A stretch of 64,000 nucleotides of DNA, from assembly GCA_002633005.1 (NCBI GenBank), contig NMRA01000053.1, positions 248,001-312,000 of the forward strand, in the 5' to 3' direction. The notes below the pieces were generated by a model. It saw only the letters and a program-made list of their open reading frames with translations. It searched no databases and was not told the DNA's origin. Positions 25,301-39,977 of this stretch are shown here, piece by piece. This stretch comes from Phoronis australis (Eukaryota > Animalia > Phoronida). Every line of letters begins with the position of its first letter. Positions within the stretch are counted from its first letter, which is position 1. Made by a program: the position numbers and the translations under genes.

Positions 25301-26187
25301 TCATCTTTGTCAGGGACACTAGCATTGTCAGAGATACTGAACATTGTTCTGGAACACCAATTAGTGTGAGGTTTGAATGCTTTTTCAACAAACACTTTGA
25401 ATGTTTTCATTGATTAACAGCAAAGAGATTCAACCCTAGTGGATCGGAATGGAACGATCCAGGTTGTGAAGTTTGAACCTTTGGTGTTTGGATTAAAAAA
25501 CCTCACTGGAAATTAATACAAACATCCAAAAACTGGTTGTGTTCTATGCACGTTTTTTTCAACAACGCTTAATAAAGGTCACTGTTGACTAATATAGGAT
25601 TTAATAGACTCACTGGCTAAAGCATTCCAGGTGGTACGATCAGATTTCTGAGTTTGGTATATATTGTTGGCTATTGAAAAACAACATCTTTCAAATATTT
25701 TATTTCAGTTTTCTGTGAAACACTATGACTCCAGTACCCTTTGACCTTGATGTGATGTTTTGCTACATACCCTCATCAAGTTTAATGTAACAATGTAACC
25801 AATCGTGGAAAATATTGTTTTTGTTGTGACATGGTTTTGCATCTTGTGGCTGTTCATTGCCAATTTTTCTTACAATTATAGTGAGCAATCATGACATGTT
25901 TTACGTGCTGTTGTGGTCACATTCTTAGAGTCACACCGTCTTCATTAATTGATATGTATTTCTATTATCATAATCATCATCATTATTATTGTTGTTTTTG
26001 TTATTGTTATTACTGCTGTATTTGTCAGGGTTAACTCCCAGGGGGTAAAAATTGAGAGCTGCATGGGCTATTTACTAATAATGAAGTTTTTGAAAAATGG
26101 ATTTTGATGTTTATCAGAATTGCTAGAGGCAGTTGTATTTGCAATAAATCCGACGAAGTACTGAGCCACTGCATGTGTTTTAGGAAC

Positions 26188-26717
26188 TGTAGGTTTCACC
26201 AAGATATACACTATGGTATATAAACTAAGTCTGTGTGTTTAGTCATATATCTACAAAATTAAAACTATGGATTTTTATTTTGTAATGTAAGCATATACAT
26301 TTTTTGAGAGTAGAACGTCTGTAGAATTCGAACTTTGATTTCTAACTAATCAATTGGGTCTCGTAACTATGTCAACTTGGTAAAATTTAGTAAAAAAGAA
26401 AAGTACAATAATAGCAAAACAACGGTATCAGTAGCATGACTTAATTTCATTTGATATAAATGCTCAAGATAAAATCTCAAATTGATGTTTAATTTTCTAA
26501 ATTATCCTTTCATTTTCATTTTATCTATATCTTTGTTTCTTTTATCCTAAAAATCCTTCCCTCCTGTAAAAGTGTGGGGTTTAAAACCAATTGCCAACAG
26601 TTTATAAAGCATGGTGAGGTATCAAGGTATCTAAGTTTCGTATGAATCCAATCAGCCATTTCTGAGATATGATGTTCTGAAGTTATCCAAATTTCAACAT
26701 TTTTCTGGACTCCTACA
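26188..26717. mobile_element. Full-length MITE with TGTAGG...CCTACA ends
   Basis: Short TIRs; similarity to 9360-9760, 41580-42900 and 55947-56380. Confidence 0.6.
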
Positions 26718-28179
26718 TATATGTAACCTTAAGGGTACATCTGAAACCGAGCATGGGCACTGAAATGTGTAATTTGAAAAATGGGGGAATGAGGGTTTAG
26801 CTGAAGGTGGGCTTTAACTCACATGAATATACCGGTAATAATACATTTAAGTGATGAAACTCAGGAGTTATATAGCGCATGATGGAAACTACCATTGTGC
26901 AATGCAATTTACATAAATCGATGCATTCTGTTTCACATGGCATGATTATAACTGCTGAACATTTGACATGAACTCAACCTTATACCCTGTTTCGGAAATG
27001 TCTCAACTTCATAGCCTAAATGTAGAAACCAGACGAAATGCCTCCGTTACTGTTTTTGAAATAACGAAGTTCAGTCTTTGGTTGGTGAGGCAGTGTTGAA
27101 AGTGTGATCAATAAAAGCAACAGTTGGTGCCCTCATGATCAGTTCAGATTAAAATAATATCCAGTTTACCTTATCTGACACGTATGGTGTCTTCTCAAAT
27201 CTATTGTTGTTATATCCTAGAGTTATGTTGTTTCATTGGACTTAAAGCCCTTGTAGAACGGGTAAAATAACTTTTAAGTGTGGACAATACATCTATTTAT
27301 GTTTCTTAATTTATAGTCGATACTTACAGACATTAAGCCAATACATTTTTAAGTTATTTGTTGCCAAATCACCACACATGTTCGCGATTGTAGTTGGGAA
27401 AAGGTGGCGCTGTGCGGTTATCCAGATGTGTGGAAACTAGAGAATGATGCTTTTCCAATGCCCAATAGACATTAGCGCAAGTTTACAATTGTCATTTGTA
27501 TATCAGCTCTACTTATAGTACTGATAATACTTCAGTAATTGTGCTACACGAACACTGCAGTTTCCAGAATTATAATTTTTTATCTTTCTTTTCAACACTG
27601 TAAATAGTCAAGGAGTATCCAATCATAAGACACTCAGCTGGTGTCATGGCACCTTGAACTTGGTTGGCCAGTAGATTTGTACAAGTCCTGCTGTCATCAT
27701 GAGTTTTGTGTATCAGGAAATCTCATCTAAGGTACCATAATGGAGAGTAGAGCTATTGATTCAAGTGATTCAGACTTGTCTAAATTTAGAAGGGTAGTAA
27801 AGTTAGTACAGTCGAAAAGAGCGGATTGGCTAGTGAACCTAAGTTATTCTGCTTACGTAAGCGGAAATGCAAAAGGTTTAGTCCAGATTATTTTTCTCGA
27901 CTGTCCTGAATTATCTCGCCACCTCATGCAGGCAATGTTTTTCCTACCGTTTCGCGCACTCTCGACATACATTTATATTACCTTCCAAATTTGCCATCCC
28001 TTGTCACCATCAGCCATGTTTACGACGAACAGTGGGTGGCTTTGTCAGCTAGTCTGAAGCACATACAGACGGGCATTCGCAATTTGAATTGTTTTAGGTG
28101 GCACTTGCATGTATTATCTGGTTTCTAAATACGGTATGCCTCACTGTGCTGTAGGTCATGGAAAACGCAAAGAAATCTA

Positions 28180-28445
28180 AATCAATTCGACTTACTCAGA
28201 GATTAAAATGTTATGACTTCGTACGTTTGGGATTACTCTCTACAGTCTTTTGACGGGACCTTCAGGTATCACGTCCATAATCTTGTAGGATGATTGAAAA
28301 AAGGTATTTCATAGTCTCGGTGAAGGTATGGTATAAGTAGAATCAACTTACTCACAGGCTAAAATGTGAGTTCGTACGTTTCGGACTACTCTCTACAGTC
28401 CTTTGTCTACGACTGATTACGGGACGTCCAGGTATCATGTTCCAA
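28180..28445. repeat. Degenerate ~95-bp direct repeat pair
   Basis: acttactca...aaaatgt...ttcgtacgttt.gga.tactctctacagtc...acgggac...caggtatca occurs twice, ~158 bp apart. Confidence 0.7.
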
Positions 28446-30713
28446 GTTGAAGATTTTTCTGACAGTCAGAGTCCGTGTGTCTTATGGGGGCAATTCCTAG
28501 AAAAGGCTTTTGTTTCATTGAGCTTGTGGCTTTAATGCAGTTGTCCTCGTTTCAAGCAATGTTGCTGTTTTATAGTTGGCTTATTATGACCTGTGCAAAC
28601 AATAGACACTACAGATTAATATGCATAACCTTTTTAGATATTGATTTTCACTGCTCCCTTGAGCTTTTTGTTTAGCTAAGGCTATCTTATTTGCATGAGT
28701 CTTGGTACTTAAGTTGTTGTACCAAACATCAATAATTCTTTCTCACCTTTGAGGATTCGAGTAGGTCATAAAAATTCTCTAATTTGGGCATGTTTCTACA
28801 ATTTAGAACGTGGAAGTTCATGCCTAAATTGAATTTTCTTGATTATGAAGATTAGGACATGGGCGATTTTGATATTTGTCTTATTTTTCAGATATCGGAC
28901 ACTGCGTTTTGTATCAACAAAGCACAGAAATAAACTTGACAATTCATTAAATCATCAAAATTGCTGCTGATGAAAATTTCCATGTGTTCTTGTAGTGTGT
29001 AACTTCAAGGTGAACGATCGTTTGTCATTCATTCTACCGGTAATTTTTTATTTTGAATGGTCAGTATTGTCTATTTCTAAAATTTGATAGAAGGTAAAAC
29101 CTTGAGCAAAGTAATTAATTTTTTTCCCTGCCCCAAACTGGAGTATGTTTACCGCACTCCATTGAAATCCCTACATATTTTCCTTGGATTGCTTGGCTTC
29201 TTTAGTGACATCACGGGATTCACTGCCTGGCGATTTAGACACCGGATGGCTTTGTTGGTTCATACTTTTGATAGAACTTATCGTGGCTGCAGGTAACTCC
29301 ATTACTTCAAATGATTTTTTCTTGGAGAGAACAAAATTTTTATTCAGCAAAGGAGTCTTGATATTCGGTAGTAAAATCTTGCTGTTTTGAGAGGAGTTAC
29401 CCTTGAAGTTTAATTCGATGAGCTTTAGTTGTGCTTGAAAGAGATAATAAGATAACACTGACATGTGCTCTGTGTCAACTCCTCTAGAACAGTAAGGTGT
29501 GAGTGTAACAAAAATTGACAAAACAAACCGGTGGTCCTTGAGTCAGTGTGACTAGATCACAGCTCTCCCTGTTAATTATATCGCCACCAAAGGTTTCATT
29601 GGAGAATACATTATCAAATTAAGCATCGTTGCAGGAGTAAGGCACAATAGTATTGCTATTCATGTATCCGATGAGTTGTTGGAGACAGCTGGCTGGTATT
29701 GGTATTTTTTACCAGATCAAAGTTTGGGTGAGTGCAGACCCCAGTTACAAAAACATATAGGGGAAGACCATGCTGTCTGTGTCATGTGTTCAGACCTATC
29801 TTGAATTTCATACCACAATTTCACCCAGACAGACATCATAGCCACGTGGTACACTATGGGACAGTCAAAATTTCTGAGCAAAGCACTAGTCTTTGTTTGG
29901 TGGACTGCATGTGATTGCCAACACATTCACTGGCATTAAGATAGGAGTTGCCTAACCAAATGAGACATTTGTTGTCACCATAATGGCAGGTCCAGTTTAT
30001 AGTCTTTAAAATCCTTAAGATTTCATCACTGCCGTTTTTTGCATTACTGTGTGTGCTATTTGGTAAAGGCTTATAATACAGATAGGTCTGAATTTGATCA
30101 GCGTTTGTCAAAATGCACTGAATTGTCAAATTCTAATAGTTAATTTGCAGATTGACTTCACTGCTTCATGATCTATAACACAGATTTTCCTGAATTCTAA
30201 CACGCATCAAAATTCATTGGAACATCAACAAACAAGACTATATTTGCCTCAAATCATTTATGAATTAGAATCATTAATCAATTCACATAAATGCCATCCA
30301 TGCCGAGTCAGCTCACACACTACAACCTAATAGAAAAACTTAAGGCACAGGTTTTGAAGTTTGCCTTTTCTTGTCACAAGGGATACAGTCACATTTACTA
30401 TTGGTTCTTATTTTTGACCTTTGTAAATGACAGCATGACTAATCTTAACATTTATGTCCATGTTCATCAAATTGCCTTGACCGCCTTAACTGCTTACCTA
30501 CAGCTTGCAATTAGCAATGACAGCTATTGTGCTTTACAAGTTATTATTTGAATACCATTGTGTTTGAAGTATTTGAACATGCTCATGTCAAGTGTTTTAG
30601 GAGGGTCATATGTGCACATGTTGACTCTGCTCTCAATAGTCTTTTGTATAGTACCTTGCAATATTTATTGTATTACCGTGTCTGAGTTGTTACTCTATAG
30701 CATATCTCTAAGG

Positions 30714-32711
30714 CAAAATTTGTGAAAACTTTTGATGTGTTAGAAAAGAGTAACTTTGAAACCATTTTTCTAAGTAGCCAGCAGAATTAGGTGCACATGT
30801 GTGCGTTTGTGTGTTCTTTTTTATTCATGACGCTGTCATCTCTGTCCGTCCGTCCGTCGTCTGTCCAGCGTCTTGCCGGTGTCCAGCTGGCGTCCGGCGT
30901 CTGGCCTGCATCCATCCAGCATCTACTGCTGTATTTCCAAAACCTCTTTATATGCATTGATGAAATTTTGTAAATACGTTCCTTTCATGGATGGGATGGT
31001 ATGAGCGAATATTCGGACGGATCCGACTACCAGTGTGCCCCCTAATGGCAATTTTGTTTTTTGCGTTTGCTTCTGTATCTTTGGTGTTCCTTAATGGATT
31101 TTCATGAAATTTGGCAAGTAGGTGTCTATTAAAAAATGACGCAACCATCGGGTTTCCAAATGGATTGGACATATTTTGCGCCATATGGTGGCCATTTTTC
31201 TGTTTTCAAGTCTTTTTTACTGTCGGCCCTTCTATAGGCCAAACCACTGTTAAGTTGATTATGAAAATTGATAGGTATGTTCCTACTTGGAAGACGATGG
31301 CTGGCGATGATTTTTGGACGGCTCCAACTACAGAGGCTCTTCGTAGTGGCATTTTTTTGCGTTCATCTCTGTATCTCCTAAACCTTCTGCAGGATCTTTT
31401 GTTATGTCGGGCAAGTTTATTAACTTGAAAGTGAATGACAACAGTTCACAATGACTTTCGAACAGATCCAACTGCCGCTGTGCACCCTAGTGGTAAGTTT
31501 ATTTTTCTGTTTTCCTCTGTATCTTTGGAGTTCCTGGACGGATTTTTATGAAATTTAATAATTAGATTTCTAGTAAAAAGGCAATGACATCTTTCTGTTT
31601 TCATATGGATTTGATGTACGGTAGTGCACACCACCTAGTGGCCGTTTTTATTATTTTTGAGTCTGTTTTTGGAATCCGCCTGTCGGCCAAACCTGTCTTA
31701 GGATGATCATGAAANCAAAATTTGTGAAAACTGTTGATGTTTTAGAAAAGAGTAACTTTGAAACCATTTTTCTAAGTAGCCAGCAGAATTAGGTGCACAT
31801 GTGTGCGTTTGTGTGTTCTTTTTTATTCATGACGCTGTCATCTCTGTCCGTCCGTCCGTCCGGCGTCTGTCCAGCGTCTTGCCGGTGTCCAGCTGGCGTC
31901 CGGCTGGCGTCTGGCCTGCATCCATCCAGCATCTACTGCTGTATTTCCAAAACCTCTTTATATGCATTGATGAAATTTTGTAAATAATGGATGGGATGGT
32001 ATGAGCGAATATTCGGACGGATCCGACTACCAGTGTGCCCCCTAATGGCAATTTTGTTTTTTGCGTTTGCTTCTGTATCTTCGGTGTTCATTAATGGATT
32101 TTCATGAAATTTGGCAAGTAGGTGTCTATTAAAAAATGACGCGACCTTCGGGTTTCCAAATGGATTGGACATATTTTGCGCCATATGGTGGCCATTTTTC
32201 TGTTTTCAAGGCTTTTTTGCTGTCGGCCCTTCTATAGGCCAAACCATTGTTAAGTTGATTATGAAAGTTGATGGGTATGTTCCTACTTGGAAGACGATGG
32301 CTGGCGATGATTTTTGGACGGCTCCAACTACAGAGGCTCTTCGTAGTGTCATTTTTTTGCGTTCATCTCTGTATCTCCTAAACCTTCTGCCGGATCTTTT
32401 GTTATGTCGGGCAAGTTTATTAACTTGAAAGTGACAACAGTTCACAATGACTTTCGAACAGATCCAACTGCCGCTGTGCCCCCTAGTGGTAAGTTTATTT
32501 TTCTGTTTTCCTCTGTATCTTTGGAGTTCCTGGACGGATTTTTATGAAATTAATAATTAGATTTCTAGTAAAAAGGCAATGACATCTTTATGTTTTCATA
32601 TGGATTTGATGTACGGTAGTGCACACCACCTAGTGGCCGTTTTTATTATTTTTGAGTCTGTTTTTGGAATCCGCCTCTGTCGGCCAAGCCTGTCTTAGGA
32701 TGATCATGAAA
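30714..32711. repeat. 1-kb direct duplication (30714-31714 / 31716-32711) joined by a single N; probable allelic overlap artefact
   Basis: Both copies start caaaatttgtgaaaac and end ggatgatcatgaaa; N at 31715. Confidence 0.9.
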
Positions 32712-33065
32712 ATTAATACTGATATATGTTTCTGAGAAGAGGACATGTGTCGATGATTTTTGGACAGCACCGTCTACTGTAGCACCTCCTAGTGGCAGTT
32801 TTGTTTTCATTTCATCCGTGGCTGTATCTCTTAAACCTTCTGCAGGATCATAAATTTGGCAAGTGTATTTGTATGAAGTTGACAACATGACTACGACGCC
32901 CCCATGTGGCAATTTTATTTTTTCTCCGTTTTCCTCTGTAGGAGTTCCGTGGCCAGATTTTTATGAAATTTGACAAATAGGTTTCTATTAATTAAGGGAT
33001 GACACCTTTATGTCTTGGGATGGAGTTGACTTAGTGTACGCCTCCTAGTGGTCGTTTTTATTACG
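30790..33065. mobile_element. HINE/DINE-1-like element: GTCC microsatellite followed by degenerate ~150-bp tandem units
   Basis: (gtcc)n followed by repeated atgaaatt...cctagtgg units; related units at ~55780-57010. Confidence 0.5.
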
Positions 33066-34557
33066 TATTAGTCTGCACACCTACATTCAGATGCTCTCAT
33101 CACTGTCTACACACAATGAACATTGAAGCACATGCAGAGGCATTCTAAGCTCTAGTAAAGGAGTGTTTGCTGGTCCGTGACTCACTGAATCTGGTTTTTT
33201 GCCACAATTTCTATGATTGTGAAATCATTTGTGCATTGTTGTGATTTGCTAAGCTGACCTCCCATTGGATGGGCATTGTTCACCACCAGGAAACATTATG
33301 CACAGTCAGGTGTTATGAACCCACAATGTGGATAAATGGGGTAAGTTGCACTGGTTTAAATAGCGTCCACACAGTCTTCAAACCTGGGACAATTTGTTCT
33401 GGGAGCAATTTGTTCTAGGGTACGTAGGTCTGTGTGTGGATGGCACTGTGGAGAGTTGTTCACTGTACTGTGTAGTGTCAAATAAATTGTTAATTACCCT
33501 TAAGTAACTTTGGGTGACCTAGTTAACCTATTTTCCATAACCATCATGTATAGAAAATATTCTGTCATGTGACCAGACAATGAAATCAATCAAATCCAAG
33601 ACTAATGGTAAACAAGGTTGGATTCTGTTCCTTCTTAGTGGTGAAAAAGCTTTCTATTGACCATAAGTTTGCTGTAACTATATAAATATGACGTTCATAT
33701 TAAATAGGACAGTACCAAATTACACAGCCACAGTTGAATCTTGACGTATTTTAACTAACTTACAATTGTGCAACATCCGTCAAGCGGTTCTCTAGCCTCG
33801 TTTGCGCTCCGTTAAATGGCCTCTATGGAATTCAAACTTAGGATAGAAATTTCGATTTAAAAATCTTTCTATAGATAATGAAAATTTAGCATACATTGTC
33901 AATATTTGTAACTTGTTATAGACAAAACTTGTGATAACAATTATTGACTGCTTTCTTTTTCATTACGTAGCTGAGAAAGGCAAAAAGGATGTGACGGATT
34001 ACTTTCTTGATAGGCCAAAACTTTATCAATCATCCAGTCCCATGGAACTGAATGTTTAGGTTTCTCACAATAAGAAGGCAGATCTACTGTCTGAGTTTGG
34101 GTGGGTTGTTAAGAACTTAAATCAGACATGGGTTCACTGTGAACATTTTCAGACAAATTGTTAATGCTGTATTGGTCTCGCCATGGCACATGTGGACTAT
34201 TTTATAATTTACTTGTTTCCAATATTGAGTGTGTTCTGTGGCTTGGATACCGTATTTGATATCCTGCCAGCCTTTTTGAAATATCACTGGGAACTGCCAG
34301 CATTTAGGCAAGGTGACTTTTGGCATACATGTCATCTGATGGTTCAACTGTAAACCTCAATGACTGCTTTTATAGGAATGGTAGATTGGGAAATGATGTA
34401 GATGACTTTATTTATGGCCATGGTATCGCTTCTCTAGAATGACGTTATGTCTAAAATATGTTCAAAGCACTTATCATACAAAGAGTGCATGAACGATAAA
34501 ACCTTTTTTAAGATTTGCCCAGGTTTTAAGTACCGAATTAATTTCTGAGTTACTTTA

Positions 34558-35056
34558 AGGCCTTTCGCACTGGCTCCAAAGCTTCGGTTTTGCCGATGGT
34601 CAATGGGAATGCTCAACTTGGGTCTTGACTCGTATTAGTTAACAGTGCAAATTAACTCCGGAGTAAGAGATGGATTTAACAGTGGAGTGTTGACGCTTCA
34701 CTGCATTGGGAATGCATAGCTTCGATGCCACTGAAGTTATCGGCAGGGGTCACTACGTTTGCCATTATTGGCTGGTGACTGGTTAGTATCTGTTAATGTT
34801 TTGTTCTAATAATTATTATTTTGGCAGTAAGGTATTCTGTTCCAATTTGTCCTGTATTTGCTGGATTCTTTACATTATCGAAAAGTCACTGAGTGTACGC
34901 ATAATGAGTACTATCTTTATTCAGATCAGCTGATACTATGCTACCTTGCAATAACTCTGCTGAATTAGTTGTCTGAAGAACTCCGAAGCTGATGAGAATG
35001 GCAGCGCTTAACTCCGCGGAAAACCACTGTTAACATCGATCAGTTTCGAGTACCTT
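34558..35056. mobile_element. ~500-bp PIF/Harbinger-like MITE; inverted relative of the element split at 48438-51408
   Basis: Starts taa-GGCCTTTCGCACT. Internal aagttatcggcaggggtcactacgtttgcca is the reverse complement of tggcgatagcagtggcaccaggcgataactt near 51200. Confidence 0.5.
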
Positions 35057-38000
35057 TTGCTGATTTATTTAGTTCATGGGTAGATGTCAACTTCTAATTT
35101 AGTTGAATGTAGCTTTTTGTATAAACAGCCTTGTTTAAGGGAATTGTCCAATCTTTCAGGTGACTTTTGTTGCAAGAATTACTCGCACATTTTCTTGAAT
35201 GAACGGTAAAGTCTTACACATCTGCAATACCGCATTTGTAAGACGTTTTTTTGCTTTCATTGAGATGATTATTGTTATGTCCTTAGGAGATAAACTAAAT
35301 GTCACAGCAAGAGTCTCCTAAATGTTAATGGTTTTTAAATAATGAAGTAAACCTTAGGGCTTTTGAAAGTGACAGGAATCAAAGATGCCCTGAAGTCTTT
35401 ATGCTTTCTTTGTGAGGTCTTGTGTTGTGTGGGATTGCTGTAGATTATGGTTGGGCACTCAGAGGATACCTACGGTTTAATCATGATGATGTGCTTTTTA
35501 ATCGTGATGATGTGCTTTTTAATCATGATGATGAAAACAGCAGTTATATAAAATCTCACCAATTTGTGTGTAAATTAATTGCTAGGTTTGTCCTTCATTT
35601 TTCGAAAGCTTCTAATACTGTTAGTGTTAGTTGTAAACGACCACAATTTTCAAAATATTGCCCGATAGCATTACTTTAGTGCTATGAACTTGATAAGAAA
35701 CGAGAGAATGAAATTTCACTTGTGTGTCATGATATTCTCTGAGATTTTACTGTGCAACAGCAAATCTGGTAATCCTAGGCTGTCAACAACATCTTCATCT
35801 ATTAAAAAATGTTCGAGTTGCAGACAGTGGATTTGCATTTTCGATGATAATGACGTACTGCCAACGATGGCTTTTTAAACCACCTCTCAGTCTCTTGTTT
35901 ATGCGATTAATTCTTTCTCAATCTTTTCTTCTTCGCAAACTTTGTTCTTCTCGAATCTCTAAATCCTCCTCTACCTAGTAATGAGCATAAAATATCCTGC
36001 AAAGTTTAATTGATGGCATTGCATTATTTTCACATTGTGTATGCTTCACAAACAACAGACCAAGTTGCTCATAATACTTGGAACCTGCGTATGATTGATG
36101 AATCTGCCATGAGGTATAATTGCCATAAGTCAGGTATTACCTACGCAGGTACGCACGCACACTCGCATTAATTATGCACAGAACTAAAAATGCTGGTTTA
36201 TGACTCAAAGGCAACACAGTGACGTCTTCTTTTCTCTTTGATATGGGAAGTACAGTAAAATTTAGCCAATTTCGGACAAAAGTAATTGCCAAAATTGTCC
36301 ATTTTTCATTTTTCAATGGCTTTTAATGATGTGAATATTCATTTTTTCAAAAATATTGTTTAATGGCAGCAACTGTGTGGTTAACAATTTTGTGACATTG
36401 AAAGAGTGTAGGCCAGACAAAAACGTTCAAGCTTGTTATAAGAATTTTCTGTAAACAGTTCCCCGAATATAGGCCCACAGACCAAATTCGGAAATTTGTC
36501 AAAAGGCAGAAATGAGTCTTCTTTGGGAGCCACAATTGATATGTTTACAGTTTCTAAAGTTTCTCAAAATGAACAGTTTTGGTGAGCGTCAAACATTAAA
36601 GATGAGGGCTATCACGAAGCAGGACATTTATTTCATCAATTTTTGGCTTATCTATGAAATAAATATAATTATGTATATAAAGTTAATGATATGTGCCTTA
36701 GGACTTACATGTTATTTTTTGTTTTTGTTATTTTTGTTGCTTCTGTGTGATTGTCGAGACTTATCACTATATATTTCTTGCATTGAAATAATGTTAGTAT
36801 AAAGCATGGCAACATTTGGCACATGGATGCTACCTACGCCCCAATATAAGTGTAGAAAGAGTAGCAGATAGATCAGAAATGATGTCAAAACACTGATGTC
36901 GTGGTAGAGTAGCTGTTTGGATATAAAATCTCCTATTACCCTACTAAATGTCAAGAGGCATGCATATTTATCAAATTTCCAAAAGAAAGTGTGTACTGTT
37001 CCTTTTGTATCTCTTTTTTCAACATCATGTATTGAACTCAACATACATTTGATGAATACAATGAACTGAACTCTCAAATGCACCTCAGTAGGTCTTTAAA
37101 TCTTGAACACACCTCACTGGATATCAGGTATTTAGGTCACATGTTCAGTTACATTGAATGAAAATATGAGTGCACTCCTATTGCATTTTATTGATTCCCT
37201 GTGCTTACATCCTTGTTTCGTAACCATATTTATATGCACTAAATTGTGGACTTTTCAGCACACCGGCAGGTTGCTTCGCACATGTACAAGCCTCTATATT
37301 ACGAAATTCTTCAATTTACTGTACTCTTCTGAGTTATAGTCTATGTTCATCTAAGTGCTCACTTCACAATTTTCTCACTTTTAAGGACCCATGGGTGATT
37401 AATGGAGGCTTTTTGTTCCTTAAAACACCATACCATTATGAATGTACCCTCAGGTACACAACACACAAGCAGCATGTTGATAGCTTTCTGCCCATTTTTT
37501 AATTGTACGCAAAGTGGATTGCATATTTCATCCCTGGCTATTAATTACCAATTGTGGTAAACACCAACCCTTCTTTTAAGAAAATTGCTTGTAAATCATT
37601 GTCAACCGTAGGGACCATTGCACTTTTGAAGCTTTGTCCTATGTCTTGTCACAGCAAGGATATTCGTCGGTGAGTTGCAAAATTTGGACTGCGAACGAAA
37701 GGATAAAGTTTTGCGCGTAGATTTATCTCCCTTGACATAACCTTCAATGATTTTGATAACAATCATGCAACAGGTGAGTTCTAGAAAAGTCGTGAATAGT
37801 TCTTCAACATGCATTTTCTTATAGTTCAGGTTACATTCTTAGCGGTAGCTACTCGAATGCGCGTGTTGATTGGAGAGTGCTGATTCTACTTAGGCATTGG
37901 CAAAAGCCTTGTGACCAGTTTTTTACCTCTAGAAAGGGTTTACGTAGAAATCTTACAACATTACCTCATAAAAATGTTGCATTGGCTGCTATTTCGAATG

Positions 38001-39977
38001 ACTTTACTATCTGCCAAGTCATTTTCAGACTCTGTTGATATAAAACTCAGTGTCCAGAATTTGAGAAATATAATGAACATCAAAATCGCCCATGTCCATG
38101 TCTTCAGATTCATTTGCTGGTGGAATATCTTAGTTCCAAATTTTAGGGAGTCTCCCAAATTGGAGAACTTTTACCATAAGAAATTGAAGTGTTGTTTACT
38201 AAATCAAGTTATTTTTCAAATTGTTTAGCTTCTGAAATTGAATTTCTCATTAAAAAGTTGGGTTAGGGTTATTTTTACCCAAAGAAATACAATATAATTT
38301 TTCATAAGTAGATGCATTAGGTTTTTGGTTCTCTGGTACCCGTTTCACCTGTTTTAGTAACTTAGAGCAGTGTTTGACAATTGGCTGTCTAGATATGATG
38401 CCGGACGAAAAACCACCAGAATGCTTTACCATCTACTTGATTTCTGATCGCGCTAAGGCAAACTCTTTTCAAACTGACAAGGAAATTTTACTGTGCTTGC
38501 CATATTTAATATGGTTACTGGTAATTAAGCTTTCCCAAAGAGTTTCTCCACCAGACTAAATTTTACACTGGCCTGACTTATCCCATGTTCTGAAGAGGTG
38601 TAAATTCAATACAGTAGTAGATTTAGTCTGGTAGTAAACCACTGTTCCCCCTTCCAATCAGTAAAGAATGTTTTGCTGGGGAGGTAAAGTTTCACTAAAA
38701 AAGCATTTATATACAGTTTACCTGCATATTGTAGATTTGATAACACTAGCTCTGTTGACTGACACCTATCCAATTGCTGGAGTGATGATCATGACTCATA
38801 GTGATTATTTTTAGTTGTGAAACAGATGTTTCTATTGGGTATGTTAATAGCCTATCTGCATACAGCTACCTCCTTTGAAAATACAACAGGTAACAGTCAA
38901 ACATCAGTGGGGGTTCCCCTTTTTTGACACAACAGTTATTGCAGTGACTGTTTCTTCTACATTATAAACATATAATTCTACAGTATGTCTTGGTGTTAAA
39001 GTGGCACACAATGTGTAGAACATTATTCAAAGTGATTCTCTGCCACTGAAACAAAAGTCAAACTGTTCACCGGGTATTTTTTCGGTTGGTTAGTAAAAAA
39101 TTTGAATTTCTGTTGATGTCAAAGCATTTTTCCTTCAGTTTCTGATTAAAAAAAAACGATCTGTCAAGTGCGATTTCAAACCTCAGCCAGCCAGTTCGAA
39201 TTCTTTGAGCACATGCATGCGAATATATTATTGGGGGCGGAAAATTTTAAAACTGTATTGGCATGAAAGAGTTTTTATTTCGTTTGTATTTCAAAAATAG
39301 CGAATCTGACGATTTTTTCTAGAAATTTTTGCAACTTTCATAATAACTCTCGCGTTAGCATCGCCATAGGTAGATTCGCCATGATCTGTTTAAGTGGTAT
39401 TTTTTTACATATTTTGTTGTTCTAGGTTTCTTTAAGAGCTGCTCAAATAATATAATGGCAGATTTTTTAACCTAACAGTAAGCCAACAAATTACATTTGC
39501 TTGTCAAATTAGTCCAAGTTGTTCTTAGATGCCATAAACGTTGACTCATTAGGATTCAATGTATTGTAATCTGAATGAATAATGAAGTATTTTGGACAAA
39601 AATAATTGAGAAATTTGACAAAATGAAATTCCATGACTTGGTAATCTTGTGTCATGAACAGAATTTTGTCAGTGGCATCACTTGATCATAAAAGCTGATC
39701 TGACAACCACGTATGTGCCTTGATTGTTGATGACACAGTCTTTCATGAATGTCACTGATCATTCAAACACAAACTCAACTGATGTGTCTCTTCCAGTGAT
39801 ACAAAGTCAAGTATCACTCTCCCCCATGCAATCTGAGAACAAAGATACCATCACCTAAATGAGCAGGGCTGGTACTGACCTTACCAATTTTTAGAAAGAA
39901 GTTAGATGAAACTCGCATTTTTCTACGTTCTTTGAAGCTGATTTAAGAGTAGAAAGTATAAAAATGTAATTGCTGTG

